NCBI GenBank assembly: GCA_016840425.1
Contig: JAEOSI010000023.1
Location: 1-16,839, forward strand
Length of the DNA stretch: 16,839 bases
Direction of reading: 5' to 3'
Source: Candidatus Wukongarchaeum yapensis
Lineage (GTDB): Archaea; Asgardarchaeota; Wukongarchaeia; Wukongarchaeales; Wukongarchaeaceae
In this document: positions 1 through 8,099 of the stretch, one piece after another
Layout of the letters: the number at the start of each line of letters is the position of its first letter
Numbering within the stretch: position 1 is the stretch's first letter
The notes under the pieces: generated by a model
What the model was told of the DNA's origin: nothing
The model's database searches: none
Seen by the model: only the letters and a program-made list of their open reading frames with translations
Made by a program: the position numbers and the translations under genes

Positions 1-28
1 CCGTGCCTACTTTTAAGGCTGAAGAAAG

Positions 29-44
29 CTGATTTTAAAATCAG
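29..44. promoter_or_regulatory. Perfect 16-bp palindrome CTGATTTTAAAATCAG upstream of uvrC (operator, or hairpin terminator of the preceding gene)
   Basis: The sequence is its own reverse complement. It lies about 30 bp upstream of a TATA-like box (75-82) and contains a TGA (30-32) that closes an open frame entering from the window edge (VPTFKAEES*). Function is inferred. Confidence 0.4.
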
Positions 45-74
45 ATGCCTCTATTCATTTTTTAAAAGGACGGG

Positions 75-82
75 TTTTTAAG
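75..82 (+). promoter_or_regulatory. TATA-like box TTTTTAAG for uvrC
   Basis: GGACGGG-TTTTTAAG-GG. The same octamer occurs upstream of truD (14205-14212) and on the minus strand at 8268-8275. Confidence 0.45.
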
Positions 83-151
83 GGCTTATTGGCTACTTAT
101 GTTCAAATTTACTGCTTTAGATTAGTTGTTGAGAGGCAGTTTGGGGGCACT

Positions 152-2068
152 ATGTTGGACTTTGGCCCTATTGCTATTGACGAGGATTTTCGAAGAAAGG
201 TTTCCAGGCTTCCAAACAAACCGGGAGTCTACCTTTTTCTCGGCGAGAATCGGCGGGTTATTTACGTAGGTAAGGCTGTCTCTCTTGTGAAGAGGGTGCG
301 TTCCTATTTTTCTAAAAATATTTTTGACCCAAAGACACAGAAACTTGTAGAAAACATAAAGGATGTCAATTACATTGTAACGAACAGTGAAGCTGAAGCG
401 CTAAATTTAGAGATAGATTTAATTAAACAGTATAAACCCCTTTTTAACATACAATTCGTTGATGATAAGAGTTATCCTTTTGTGAAGGTTACTTTGGGTG
501 AGGAGTTTCCTACGGCGATTATTACGCGTAGGTTAGGGGAGGGTGAACCCTATATCAATTTTGGACCCTATACCAATGTCAAGTCTTTGAGAGAGACGTT
601 AAAGGTTGCCCATCGCCTATTTCCTATTCGGAACTGTAAATATGATATTTCTACTAAAAAGAGGGTTAGAAAACGTCCTTGTCTTAGGTATTATTTAGGT
701 CTTTGTAGCGGGCCTTGTGTCGGACTGGTAGGCAAGAAGGATTATAAGCAGGTGGTGGATCAGTTTTGTCTTTTCCTGAAGGGAAATGTGGGGGAATTGG
801 TCGAAGAACTTTCAGGGGAGATGCAGAAAGCAGCCCAAAACCTTGAGTTTGAACGTGCAGCGGTTTTAAGGGATAAAATAAGTTCTTTGAAGCGATTTTT
901 AAAAGAGGGAGAAAAGGTTTTTGAAGCCGATGGCATCACGAGGGATTTTGTTGGTATGGCTCGATGGAATGAAGAGATTTGTTTTGAAATTTTCCGTGTT
1001 AAAGACGGGAGGATAATCAACTATGATAGAATGATATCAGAGAATGTTCCGGTATCAATATCTGATAAAAGGGCTTTAAGGGAGTTTATAAAACAGTACT
1101 ATCACCCGATTTTAGATGATGTTCCTGATGAGTTGGTTTTACAACTTTCGCTTGCCGTTAGTGAGGGGGATATCGATGATTTAACGGAGGATTTAGGGGA
1201 GGATGAGGTTATTTCTTGCTGGTTGTCTGAAAAGAAAGGTTCGCCTGTGAAGCTGGTTTTTCCTTCGCAGGGGCGTAAACTTGAACTTGTCGAACTTGCT
1301 GAAAAAAACGCAGAAATACACTTGAAAGAGGGGGCTTTAGAAGAGGAAGAAATTCAAATGGGCGAGGAGGAGGATTTTGGCGAGGGGTTGCAAAAACTTT
1401 TGGGGCTTCTTGCTCCGCCTAAGAGGATAGAAGCGGTTGATATTTCAAACATTAAAGGTTCTAATGCTGTTGGATCTCTTGTGGTTTTTGAGGATTGGGA
1501 ACCGAAAAAATCCGATTATAGACGTTTTAAGATTAGAAATGTTTCGGGCATAGATGATTTTGCTATGATCGGCGAGGTTGTTTATAGGAGGTATAAAAGG
1601 TTATTAGAGGAAGGAGGTAGATTGCCTGATCTTCTACTTATAGATGGAGGTAAAGGACAACTTAGTGCATCTATTAATTCTCTTAAAAAGCTTGGAATTG
1701 ATGAAAGAGTCCCTGTTATAGCCTTGGCTAAGAAGTTTGAGGAGATTTTTGTTAAAGGCAAAAGTAAGCCTTTGAGGTTGCCTGAAGATGATTATGTTCT
1801 TCTATTTTTAAGGAGGGTAAGGGACGAAGCGCATAGATTTGCTATTAGTTATCATAAAACCTTACGAAGAAAAGAGTTTGTATCCTCTGTATTAGATGAA
1901 ATACCGGGTATTGGGCCGAAAAAGAAAAAGAAACTTCTAGAGCGTTTTGGTAGCGTTGAAGCGATAAAAGATGCAACTTTTGAGGAACTGTTAGGCATTC
2001 CAGGGATATCTGAAAAATTGGCGGAAAAAATCAAAAAACACCTTAAGGAGTATGCTCGGAAAAAATAG
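152..2068 (+). CDS. uvrC: Excinuclease ABC subunit C (UvrC)
   Basis: GIY-YIG N-terminus (PGVYLF...IYVGKA), DDKSYP motif, four-Cys region (RNC, RPC, GLC, GPC), UVR motif (LEFERAAVLRD), RNase H-like domain (IEAVDISN, DDFAM, LIDGGKGQ, RDEAHRFA) and C-terminal HhH (IPGIGPKK, IPGIS). Start placed at ATG 152 behind GGGGG rather than TTG 89. Confidence 0.97.
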   Translation: MLDFGPIAIDEDFRRKVSRLPNKPGVYLFLGENRRVIYVGKAVSLVKRVRSYFSKNIFDPKTQKLVENIKDVNYIVTNSEAEALNLEIDLIKQYKPLFNIQFVDDKSYPFVKVTLGEEFPTAIITRRLGEGEPYINFGPYTNVKSLRETLKVAHRLFPIRNCKYDISTKKRVRKRPCLRYYLGLCSGPCVGLVGKKDYKQVVDQFCLFLKGNVGELVEELSGEMQKAAQNLEFERAAVLRDKISSLKRFLKEGEKVFEADGITRDFVGMARWNEEICFEIFRVKDGRIINYDRMISENVPVSISDKRALREFIKQYYHPILDDVPDELVLQLSLAVSEGDIDDLTEDLGEDEVISCWLSEKKGSPVKLVFPSQGRKLELVELAEKNAEIHLKEGALEEEEIQMGEEEDFGEGLQKLLGLLAPPKRIEAVDISNIKGSNAVGSLVVFEDWEPKKSDYRRFKIRNVSGIDDFAMIGEVVYRRYKRLLEEGGRLPDLLLIDGGKGQLSASINSLKKLGIDERVPVIALAKKFEEIFVKGKSKPLRLPEDDYVLLFLRRVRDEAHRFAISYHKTLRRKEFVSSVLDEIPGIGPKKKKKLLERFGSVEAIKDATFEELLGIPGISEKLAEKIKKHLKEYARKK

Positions 2069-3188
2069 GTTTTTCGGTTTTGTTGTTAACAAATAGGGAG
2101 ATAGCTTTTTTGAGTTGCCTATGGATGCTGACAGTTTTTTGGAAGGAGGCAAGGATTACCAATCCGGAAATGAGGAGGCCTAAACCTCGGATGAAATGGT
2201 CGTCCCAGTAGGCTATGACAACGTAGAGTCCGAAGAAAAAGGTGAAGAAATAGGCAGGAAGCGAGAGTCTTTTCAAATAGGTTTTAAACATTTCTTTATA
2301 GGGAGGTCTTTTCTCTTCTAGTTCAGAGAAAGTAACCGCTGCCACTTTTTTGGAGAACTGCCATTTTTCCCACGCATCGATTATTATTTGAATGAAGATA
2401 TGGAGTATCGCTATGAAATAGAAGAAAAGAACCACTCCCGTTAACGTATTGGTAAAACCATATTCTTCTATAGGGTTAAAGTCGTAGCTTATAAAGATCC
2501 AAATACCGCTCACTGTCAAGAGTCCTAAAAGTATGAGGCTTAATTGCCACCAGCTGTATTTAGTTTCCTTCACGATTAGGACTAAGAAAGCGACCGTGAG
2601 AAGAATATAACTGAAATAAACAGAAAACTTGACATCTGTCTCTGTTGCTTCTAAAACTTCGTAACTTACCGTTAAAATGTAAAAAGCCATGAATATCTTC
2701 CCTATAAGAAGACCGACGAAAACACCCTTTATGTCCCTTTTTTGGAAACCTAAAGCTCCCACTACTGCATCATCGTTTACTGGAGTGCTTCCTGCAAGCA
2801 GTGAAAAAATAAAAGTTCTTGAGTTACTCCAACCTTCCTCTTCCGAATTAGCGAGATTCATGCCTAAAACACTACTATTTACACTTGGGTTAGCGGCATG
2901 TTTTACAGAGGTATGGTTAACAATCCATCGAGAAAGACGGTTTTTCGGGTTTTCTTCTATCCAAACTCTAAACTTTTTAGCGAAAATGAAAGTTATTAAG
3001 TCCCCAATACACATTCCTAACCCGATGCCTAGTATGATTGCGGTATGTTCTGCGCTTGATGTGTAGGTGTTTGCCATATCTGCTATCCATACAGGCCAAG
3101 GAAAAACTGATAGGGCAATCACTGATATGAAGCCAATTATAAAGGAATCTATCAAAATATTGCCTGTCGGCTGGAGTGGTTCACTCAT
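2043..3188 (-). CDS. Polytopic membrane protein with a VTT/DedA (SNARE-associated)-like N-terminal domain and extra C-terminal TM helices
   Basis: 381-aa ORF, ATG preceded by GGGAG. VTT-like motifs GLGMCIGDLITFIF and AGSTPVNDDAVVGALG...LLIGK, followed by about 5 further hydrophobic segments. CDS is confident; the family call is by eye. Confidence 0.75.
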   Translation of the reverse strand: MSEPLQPTGNILIDSFIIGFISVIALSVFPWPVWIADMANTYTSSAEHTAIILGIGLGMCIGDLITFIFAKKFRVWIEENPKNRLSRWIVNHTSVKHAANPSVNSSVLGMNLANSEEEGWSNSRTFIFSLLAGSTPVNDDAVVGALGFQKRDIKGVFVGLLIGKIFMAFYILTVSYEVLEATETDVKFSVYFSYILLTVAFLVLIVKETKYSWWQLSLILLGLLTVSGIWIFISYDFNPIEEYGFTNTLTGVVLFFYFIAILHIFIQIIIDAWEKWQFSKKVAAVTFSELEEKRPPYKEMFKTYLKRLSLPAYFFTFFFGLYVVIAYWDDHFIRGLGLLISGLVILASFQKTVSIHRQLKKAISLFVNNKTEKPIFSEHTP

Positions 3189-3421
3189 TTTCTTTCTCCC
3201 TATAAAAAGCGGTTTATCATTTATTTATTTATTTTTAAATAGGTAAAATAGAACTTATAATTTTTCATCGTTCTATCAGAAAATTTCCAGGTTAGTAAAG
3301 CAATTTTTAGCTTTTCATCCGGATAAATGGAAGTTAAAAAGCTATTAACACTTTAATTATAATTACTGAAAATATTTGGAGTTTTCGGTTTTTAATTTTT
3401 TATTAAACGACTATAAACTAT

Positions 3422-4246
3422 TTATAGAAAAAGTTTGAGAAGGCTTCGTTCATTTATTATGCCTATGGGTTTATCATCTTCAGTTATGGGCAGAGTGCCT
3501 ATATTCCATAGTTTCATCATTCTTGCAGCTGTGGGTACAGGAGTTCCTTTTTTCATTGTTAACACACCTCGTGTCATTATTAATTTGACTAGAAGTTCTA
3601 ACGCTTTTTCTTCCTTCCCAGTTTTTATGAGGTTCATAGTTTCCTCTTTTCCTATGAAACGGATTAGGTCCATTGAGGTTAAAATTCCTTCGACTTTTCC
3701 TTCTTCCGGTTTTGTTATTATGATATTTCTCCTCCCTGATTCTGACATGAGTTTTGAAGCGTTTCCTATAGAATCATTAGGATTGGTTTTAACTAATGGA
3801 AAAACCAGATCTTCTACTTTTATTGTTGTGTCTTTATATTCAAAGATTTGGAGAATGTCTCGTTCAGTTAATATTCCTATGAGCCTTGATTCTTCATCAA
3901 GAACTGGTACGTCGCCTATATTATTTTCTATCATTATTTTTACAGCTTCTTCTATGGTTGTGTGAATGTCTACCGTGACAACCGGATGAGTCATCTGTTC
4001 CTTTATTGGCGAATCCATGAATGTTTTTACGCGGGTTCCTCCTTTTTCAAAGGTGGCGATTCCGTTTAATATGTCGGTTGAAGTTATGATGCCGCAGATT
4101 TGATCGTTTTCAGATACGGGTAATCTTCTGAAATCATGGGCCCTCATTATCTTTACAGCGTCTTCCATTTTGACTGTTTTTTGAACGGTTACTACGTTTT
4201 TGCTACAGAGTTGGTATACTCGGTCTGATTTACTAGACAATCGCAA
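3422..4246 (-). CDS. Tandem CBS-domain protein (two Bateman modules, 4 CBS)
   Basis: Repeated CBS motifs (FRRLPV...GIITSTDI; IGDVPV...GILTERDI; GILTSMDL; IGTLPI...GIINERSL). TTG start at 4246, or at 4240, which is better spaced from GAGGT. Confidence 0.92.
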   Translation of the reverse strand: MRLSSKSDRVYQLCSKNVVTVQKTVKMEDAVKIMRAHDFRRLPVSENDQICGIITSTDILNGIATFEKGGTRVKTFMDSPIKEQMTHPVVTVDIHTTIEEAVKIMIENNIGDVPVLDEESRLIGILTERDILQIFEYKDTTIKVEDLVFPLVKTNPNDSIGNASKLMSESGRRNIIITKPEEGKVEGILTSMDLIRFIGKEETMNLIKTGKEEKALELLVKLIMTRGVLTMKKGTPVPTAARMMKLWNIGTLPITEDDKPIGIINERSLLKLFL

Positions 4247-4341
4247 AACCTCAGGAATAAAATATCTTTTAAGGGTTTTTAATGCCTTTGGTTAATAAAA
4301 AGTTATTATTTTGCTTTATCAAAAGTATAAAAACTTTTAAA

Positions 4342-5067
4342 TTAGATTTTTTTGCGATATTTTAATTGTTTTTCGTCATATAGCGCCCTGGTTGTCATTT
4401 TTTTGGCAGGTAATCCTCCAAAAACCATGTCGGGAGGTACGTCTTTAACTACTACCGCACCTGCACCTATTACGGCTCTTTTCCCCACGGTTACACCTGA
4501 AATTAAGATGGTGCCAGCCCCTATAATAGCTTCATCCTCTATTGTAACGCCTTCTAAAACCCCGCTAAAAGGATACTTGTCGTTGGTTACTGTCATACAA
4601 GGTCCGATAAAAACATTGTCTCTTAAAACAGTTTTTGGTGGTAAGTAAGCCATTGATTGGATGTTACAATTTCTGCCTATAGTAACATTTCCATCAATTA
4701 TTGTGCCAGTACCTATGCGTGTTTCACTGCCGATTTTTGTATCTTCTCTTATGAAGACTTGGTGGCCTGTTTCTACTTTATCCTCTATCTCGACCCTTTC
4801 ATAAATTGTCGTATTATTTCTGATTATGCAATCAAAACCAATCTTTACTCCCTCGTTGTTTACATCAAAAGCTTCAAAATCAATACTCAGCGAGGAAGCT
4901 TTGATCGTTTTTTTAATTAATTCAACAAGTTTCTTACGGACGGGGAATCCTAAAACGCAATAAGAACCTATAAAGGTCCCCTCACCTACTGTGCTTGGTC
5001 CAAAAATTAAAACATGATCAGCGATAATCCCTTTTACAGCTGCAGAAGGAGAAACAAATGAAGACAA
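4342..5067 (-). CDS. Hexapeptide-repeat (left-handed beta-helix) acyltransferase, WbpD/QdtC-like sugar N-acetyltransferase superfamily
   Basis: [LIV]-G-x4 repeats, VFIGPCMTVTNDKYP motif, IGAGAVVVKDVPP...GLPAK C-terminus. TTG start 7 nt after GAGGTG. Substrate cannot be determined. Confidence 0.88.
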   Translation of the reverse strand: MSSFVSPSAAVKGIIADHVLIFGPSTVGEGTFIGSYCVLGFPVRKKLVELIKKTIKASSLSIDFEAFDVNNEGVKIGFDCIIRNNTTIYERVEIEDKVETGHQVFIREDTKIGSETRIGTGTIIDGNVTIGRNCNIQSMAYLPPKTVLRDNVFIGPCMTVTNDKYPFSGVLEGVTIEDEAIIGAGTILISGVTVGKRAVIGAGAVVVKDVPPDMVFGGLPAKKMTTRALYDEKQLKYRKKI

Positions 5068-5163
5068 AAAAACACACCTCTTAAAAAGTGATAAACGAGA
5101 GTAAAATAGGTTTTCGCTTTTTTTATTAATCCGACTTTTTCACTTCAATGACTCAAATTTTTT

Positions 5164-6432
5164 TCATAAACTTACGGTTATTTGTGGTTTTTCTTCATGT
5201 TTTTCTCCAAGAATTTTCTCTGTTATTTCTTCGATGTTTATTGAGACTTGTATGATTTCGTCTTTACAGGACTTTATCGGGGTATCTGGGTCTTTTAAAC
5301 CGGTTCCTGTGGTTATGCAGACTATGTATTCATCGCTATCGATTTCTCCCCGTTCTACTAATTTTTTAAGCCCAGCGATGCTTGAAGCGCTTGCGGGTTC
5401 TACAAAAATGCCTTCTGCTCGGGCTAAAAGTTTTTGAGCTTCTACTATTTCTTGGTCGGTTACGGCAAGGGCGGTTCCTCCGGATTCTCTCATCGCTTTT
5501 ATGGCTTTTGGCCAGCTTACGGGGTTCCCTATCCTGATAGCGGTAGCAATGGTTTCAGGGTTTGCTATAGGAACCAACTCTTCTGCGCCAGTCTCGTACA
5601 TTTTAACGATAGGGGCGGCACCAGCGGCTTGAATGCCGCACATTTTAGGAAGTGATTTGATCACCCCTAGGGTCTCATATTCCTTCATGGCTTTCCATAC
5701 GGCGGAGACGTTTCCAGCGTTTCCTACAGGTATCACTATCCTGTCAGGGGATACGCCCATTTGATCAACTATCTCAAATCCTAAAGTGCGTTGTCCTTCG
5801 AGGCGGTAGGGGTTTATGGAGTTTAGTAGATAGATCATGCCTCTTGATGCTAGTTCTTCTACTATGTGCATTGCGTCGTCAAAATTCCCTTTAACTGCCA
5901 GTACTTTTGCTCCGAATATTAGGGCTTGTGCAAGTTTTCCTAAAGCTATTTTTGCCGATGGTACCAAGACTATACAACGTATTCTAGCATTGGCAGAGTA
6001 GGCGGCGAGAGAAGCAGATGTATTTCCGGTAGAAGCGCATGCAACTACTTTTTTGTCAAGTTCTAGAGCTTTTGATATTCCTAAAGTCATCCCTCGGTCT
6101 TTAAAACTGCCTGTGGGATTTTCTCCTTCATTCTTCACAAAAAGATGTTTTAAACCTAAAATTTTAGCGAGATTTTCGCAACAGTAAAGAGTAGTGCCTC
6201 CTTCATTTAAACTTACTATTTTTGATTCTTTCTTTAAAGGCATTAATTCGCGATATCGCCAAACTTTAAGAGGTCGCCTTTTCATCTGTTCAATATCTAT
6301 ATTAAGGCGATCGTAATCATATTTTATATCTAAGAGCCCGCCACAATCGCATACATATCGTATTTCATTTTCTTTGAAAACCGTGTCACATTTGATGCAA
6401 TTCATCCAAAAAAGAGCGTTTTCTATAGTCAA
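5164..6432 (-). CDS. thrC: Threonine synthase (PLP-dependent, fold type II)
   Basis: ENPTGSFKDRG PLP-lysine motif, CASTGNTSAS, PVGNAGN, VEPASA, N-terminal CxxC...CxCG zinc-ribbon typical of archaeal ThrC. Directly downstream of aspartate kinase. Confidence 0.95.
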   Translation of the reverse strand: MTIENALFWMNCIKCDTVFKENEIRYVCDCGGLLDIKYDYDRLNIDIEQMKRRPLKVWRYRELMPLKKESKIVSLNEGGTTLYCCENLAKILGLKHLFVKNEGENPTGSFKDRGMTLGISKALELDKKVVACASTGNTSASLAAYSANARIRCIVLVPSAKIALGKLAQALIFGAKVLAVKGNFDDAMHIVEELASRGMIYLLNSINPYRLEGQRTLGFEIVDQMGVSPDRIVIPVGNAGNVSAVWKAMKEYETLGVIKSLPKMCGIQAAGAAPIVKMYETGAEELVPIANPETIATAIRIGNPVSWPKAIKAMRESGGTALAVTDQEIVEAQKLLARAEGIFVEPASASSIAGLKKLVERGEIDSDEYIVCITTGTGLKDPDTPIKSCKDEIIQVSINIEEITEKILGEKHEEKPQITVSL

Positions 6433-6486
6433 CCGGTAATCAACTCACATAAGTATTAAAAACGATCATAATTGCTATAATTAGTC

Positions 6487-7899
6487 TTATTTAGTTTTTT
6501 TGTGGGGGGTGCGGAGGTATGTTGCGTCATGTATTGCTTTTATGGCTTTCGGTATGTCTTTTCTGCTGATTACGAAACTTATGTTAAGTTCGCTGCTTCC
6601 TTGGGCGATAGTGCGTATGTTTACCCCTGCGCGTCCTAATGCTGAAAAGACTTTTCCTGCGACGCCAGGGGTAAATTTCATTCCTTCTCCCACAACGGCG
6701 CATACTCCTACGTCGTCTTCCATTTCTACGTTGGTCCAGACACGGCCAAAATTAGAGGATCTTTTTAGAACTCTGACTGCTCTTTCTCCGTCCTCAAGGT
6801 TCACTACGAATGTTACGTTAACTTCACTACTACCCATAGATATCATAACTATGTTTACTAGGTTTTCTGCCATTAATTTAAAGATTTCAGAGGCTACGCC
6901 TGGAACCCCTGCCATTGCTTCTCCTGCTACCGTTATCTGGGCCACGTCTTCTAGAGCGACAATAGCTTTTACAATTCCTTCTTTTTCGTTAGGTTTGTTG
7001 TTTATGATGGTTCCTTTAGTAGAGGAAGAAAAGCTTTTAATGGTTATGGGGATGTCTTTCTTTTTTGCAGGTATTAGGCATCGAGGATGGAGAACTTCTG
7101 CTCCAAAGTGGGCAAGTTCTGCTGCTTCGGCGTAAGTGACTTTTTCAAGAATCTCTGCGTTAGATATTATTTTCGGGTTTGCAGACATGAGTCCTGTAAC
7201 ATCTTTCCAGAGGATAATTTCGTCAGCGGGCCAGACAGCTCCGATTGTTGTGGCTGTGAAGTCACTTCCTCCCCTTCCGAGGGTTGTAGTTATGCCTTTC
7301 ATGGTGGATCCACAAAAACCTGCGATTACGGGTATTATTCCTTCTTTTATCATCGGCAAAATTTTCTCTTTAAAAGCTCTTTGACATTCGTAGAATATGG
7401 GGAAAGCGTTTCCGAAGTTATCGTTTGTTTTGATTACTTCTTCTCCGTCAATGGCTTTTGCGGCGACTCCGGCGGATTTTAGTGCATGTGTTAGGATTTG
7501 TATTGCAAGCTTCTCACCAAAAGGTGCAATGTAGTCAAGGGTTCTTGGTGTCAATTCTTTTAAACGAGAAACGGCGTCTAGTAGAGGGTAAAGAATTTCG
7601 ATGAAATCTTTACACGTCTTAGTGGCATTTTTTCGTTCTTCTGAGTCAAGGATAAAGTTATTGATCAATTGCGAGTGATCTTGAAATAAAGAATCTATCT
7701 CTTTTTCTACGTGGCTACCTTTCTCGGCTTTTTTGGCCATGGATATTAATCGGTCTGTAACGCCTGAAACTGCTGATAAAACGACGATTACATCGCCTTG
7801 TGCATGACTTGTTTTAATCGCGTTTATGATTTTTGAAAATCCTTCTCCGTTTCTTAGAATAGACCCTCCAAATTTTTCAACAGTTGCTCTGTATACCAC
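6487..7899 (-). CDS. lysC: Monofunctional aspartate kinase with two ACT domains
   Basis: VEKFGGS, VVLSAVSGVTD, TTLGRGGSDFTA, WKDV...NP, ELAHFGAEVLHP, ACT repeats (GVASEIF..., GVAGKVFSALG...SELNISF). GTG start behind GGTGG. Confidence 0.96.
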   Translation of the reverse strand: MVYRATVEKFGGSILRNGEGFSKIINAIKTSHAQGDVIVVLSAVSGVTDRLISMAKKAEKGSHVEKEIDSLFQDHSQLINNFILDSEERKNATKTCKDFIEILYPLLDAVSRLKELTPRTLDYIAPFGEKLAIQILTHALKSAGVAAKAIDGEEVIKTNDNFGNAFPIFYECQRAFKEKILPMIKEGIIPVIAGFCGSTMKGITTTLGRGGSDFTATTIGAVWPADEIILWKDVTGLMSANPKIISNAEILEKVTYAEAAELAHFGAEVLHPRCLIPAKKKDIPITIKSFSSSTKGTIINNKPNEKEGIVKAIVALEDVAQITVAGEAMAGVPGVASEIFKLMAENLVNIVMISMGSSEVNVTFVVNLEDGERAVRVLKRSSNFGRVWTNVEMEDDVGVCAVVGEGMKFTPGVAGKVFSALGRAGVNIRTIAQGSSELNISFVISRKDIPKAIKAIHDATYLRTPHKKTK

Positions 7900-7916
7900 G
7901 AAAAAGCCACCAAAAT

Positions 7917-7948
7917 ATTACTAGCAGTAATTTTTTGCAAATTTATAA
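7917..7948 (-). promoter_or_regulatory. Putative lysC-thrC promoter: TATA (TTATAAAT, 7948-7941) and an inverted repeat ATTACT-N3-AGTAAT (7917-7931) over the predicted start site
   Basis: TATA-like octamer about 42 nt upstream of the GTG. Perfect 6-bp arms at the position expected for the TSS (about 7918, using standard archaeal -26 spacing). Confidence 0.45.
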
Positions 7949-7952
7949 TACA

Positions 7953-7986
7953 TAGGGGTAATTACAGTGATCGCTACTAACCCCTA
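7953..7986. repeat. Inverted repeat TAGGGGT-N20-ACCCCTA (hairpin or TF site)
   Basis: Perfect GC-rich 7-bp arms at 7953-7959 and 7980-7986 in an otherwise AT-rich spacer. Confidence 0.55.
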
Positions 7987-8006
7987 ATATTTAACCTTTT
8001 TTGTTC

Positions 8007-8099
8007 TCACCTGTTTGCTTTGGAAATTTTTTGTTTTTTCCTCCTTGTTTTTATTGCTTGGAGTATATTGTCGTGTTCCAAAGGATTATTTTGAGCCAT
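8007..8099 (-). CDS. Small 30-aa ORF MAQNNPLEHDNILQAIKTRRKKQKISKANR (leader peptide or nitroreductase-like gene remnant)
   Basis: ATG at 8099 with GGAGG (8111-8107) at 7-nt spacing, TGA at 8009-8007. Translated by hand; not in the ORF track. Confidence 0.4.
   Translation of the reverse strand: MAQNNPLEHDNILQAIKTRRKKQKISKANR

Noticed and set aside
89-151. ORF-track N-terminal extension of UvrC (likewise 13020-13058 of GGR, 11409-11420 of EF-1beta, 9989-10003 of the aminopeptidase, 14223-14234 of TruD)
   Set aside because: Each extension contains the SD-like motif of a downstream ATG and adds no conserved sequence.
3210-3224. (TTTA)n microsatellite upstream of the membrane-protein gene
   Set aside because: Under four units in very AT-rich intergenic DNA; expected by chance.
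4321-4338. Short AT-only inverted repeats (AAAAGT-N6-ACTTTT; also AAGTTT-A-AAACTT 8207-8219, ATTAAA-GG-TTTAAT 13080-13093, AACGATCGTT 14082-14091)
   Set aside because: Arms of 6 bp or less in AT-rich DNA cannot be distinguished from chance without comparative data.
5080-5087. Fourth TTTTTAAG (minus strand) as the acyltransferase promoter
   Set aside because: Only about 13 nt from the start codon and abutting the SD; too close for a TATA box.
5164-7899. lysC-thrC without hom/asd/thrB as a novel truncated pathway
   Set aside because: Split threonine operons are common in archaea, and the missing genes may lie elsewhere in the genome.
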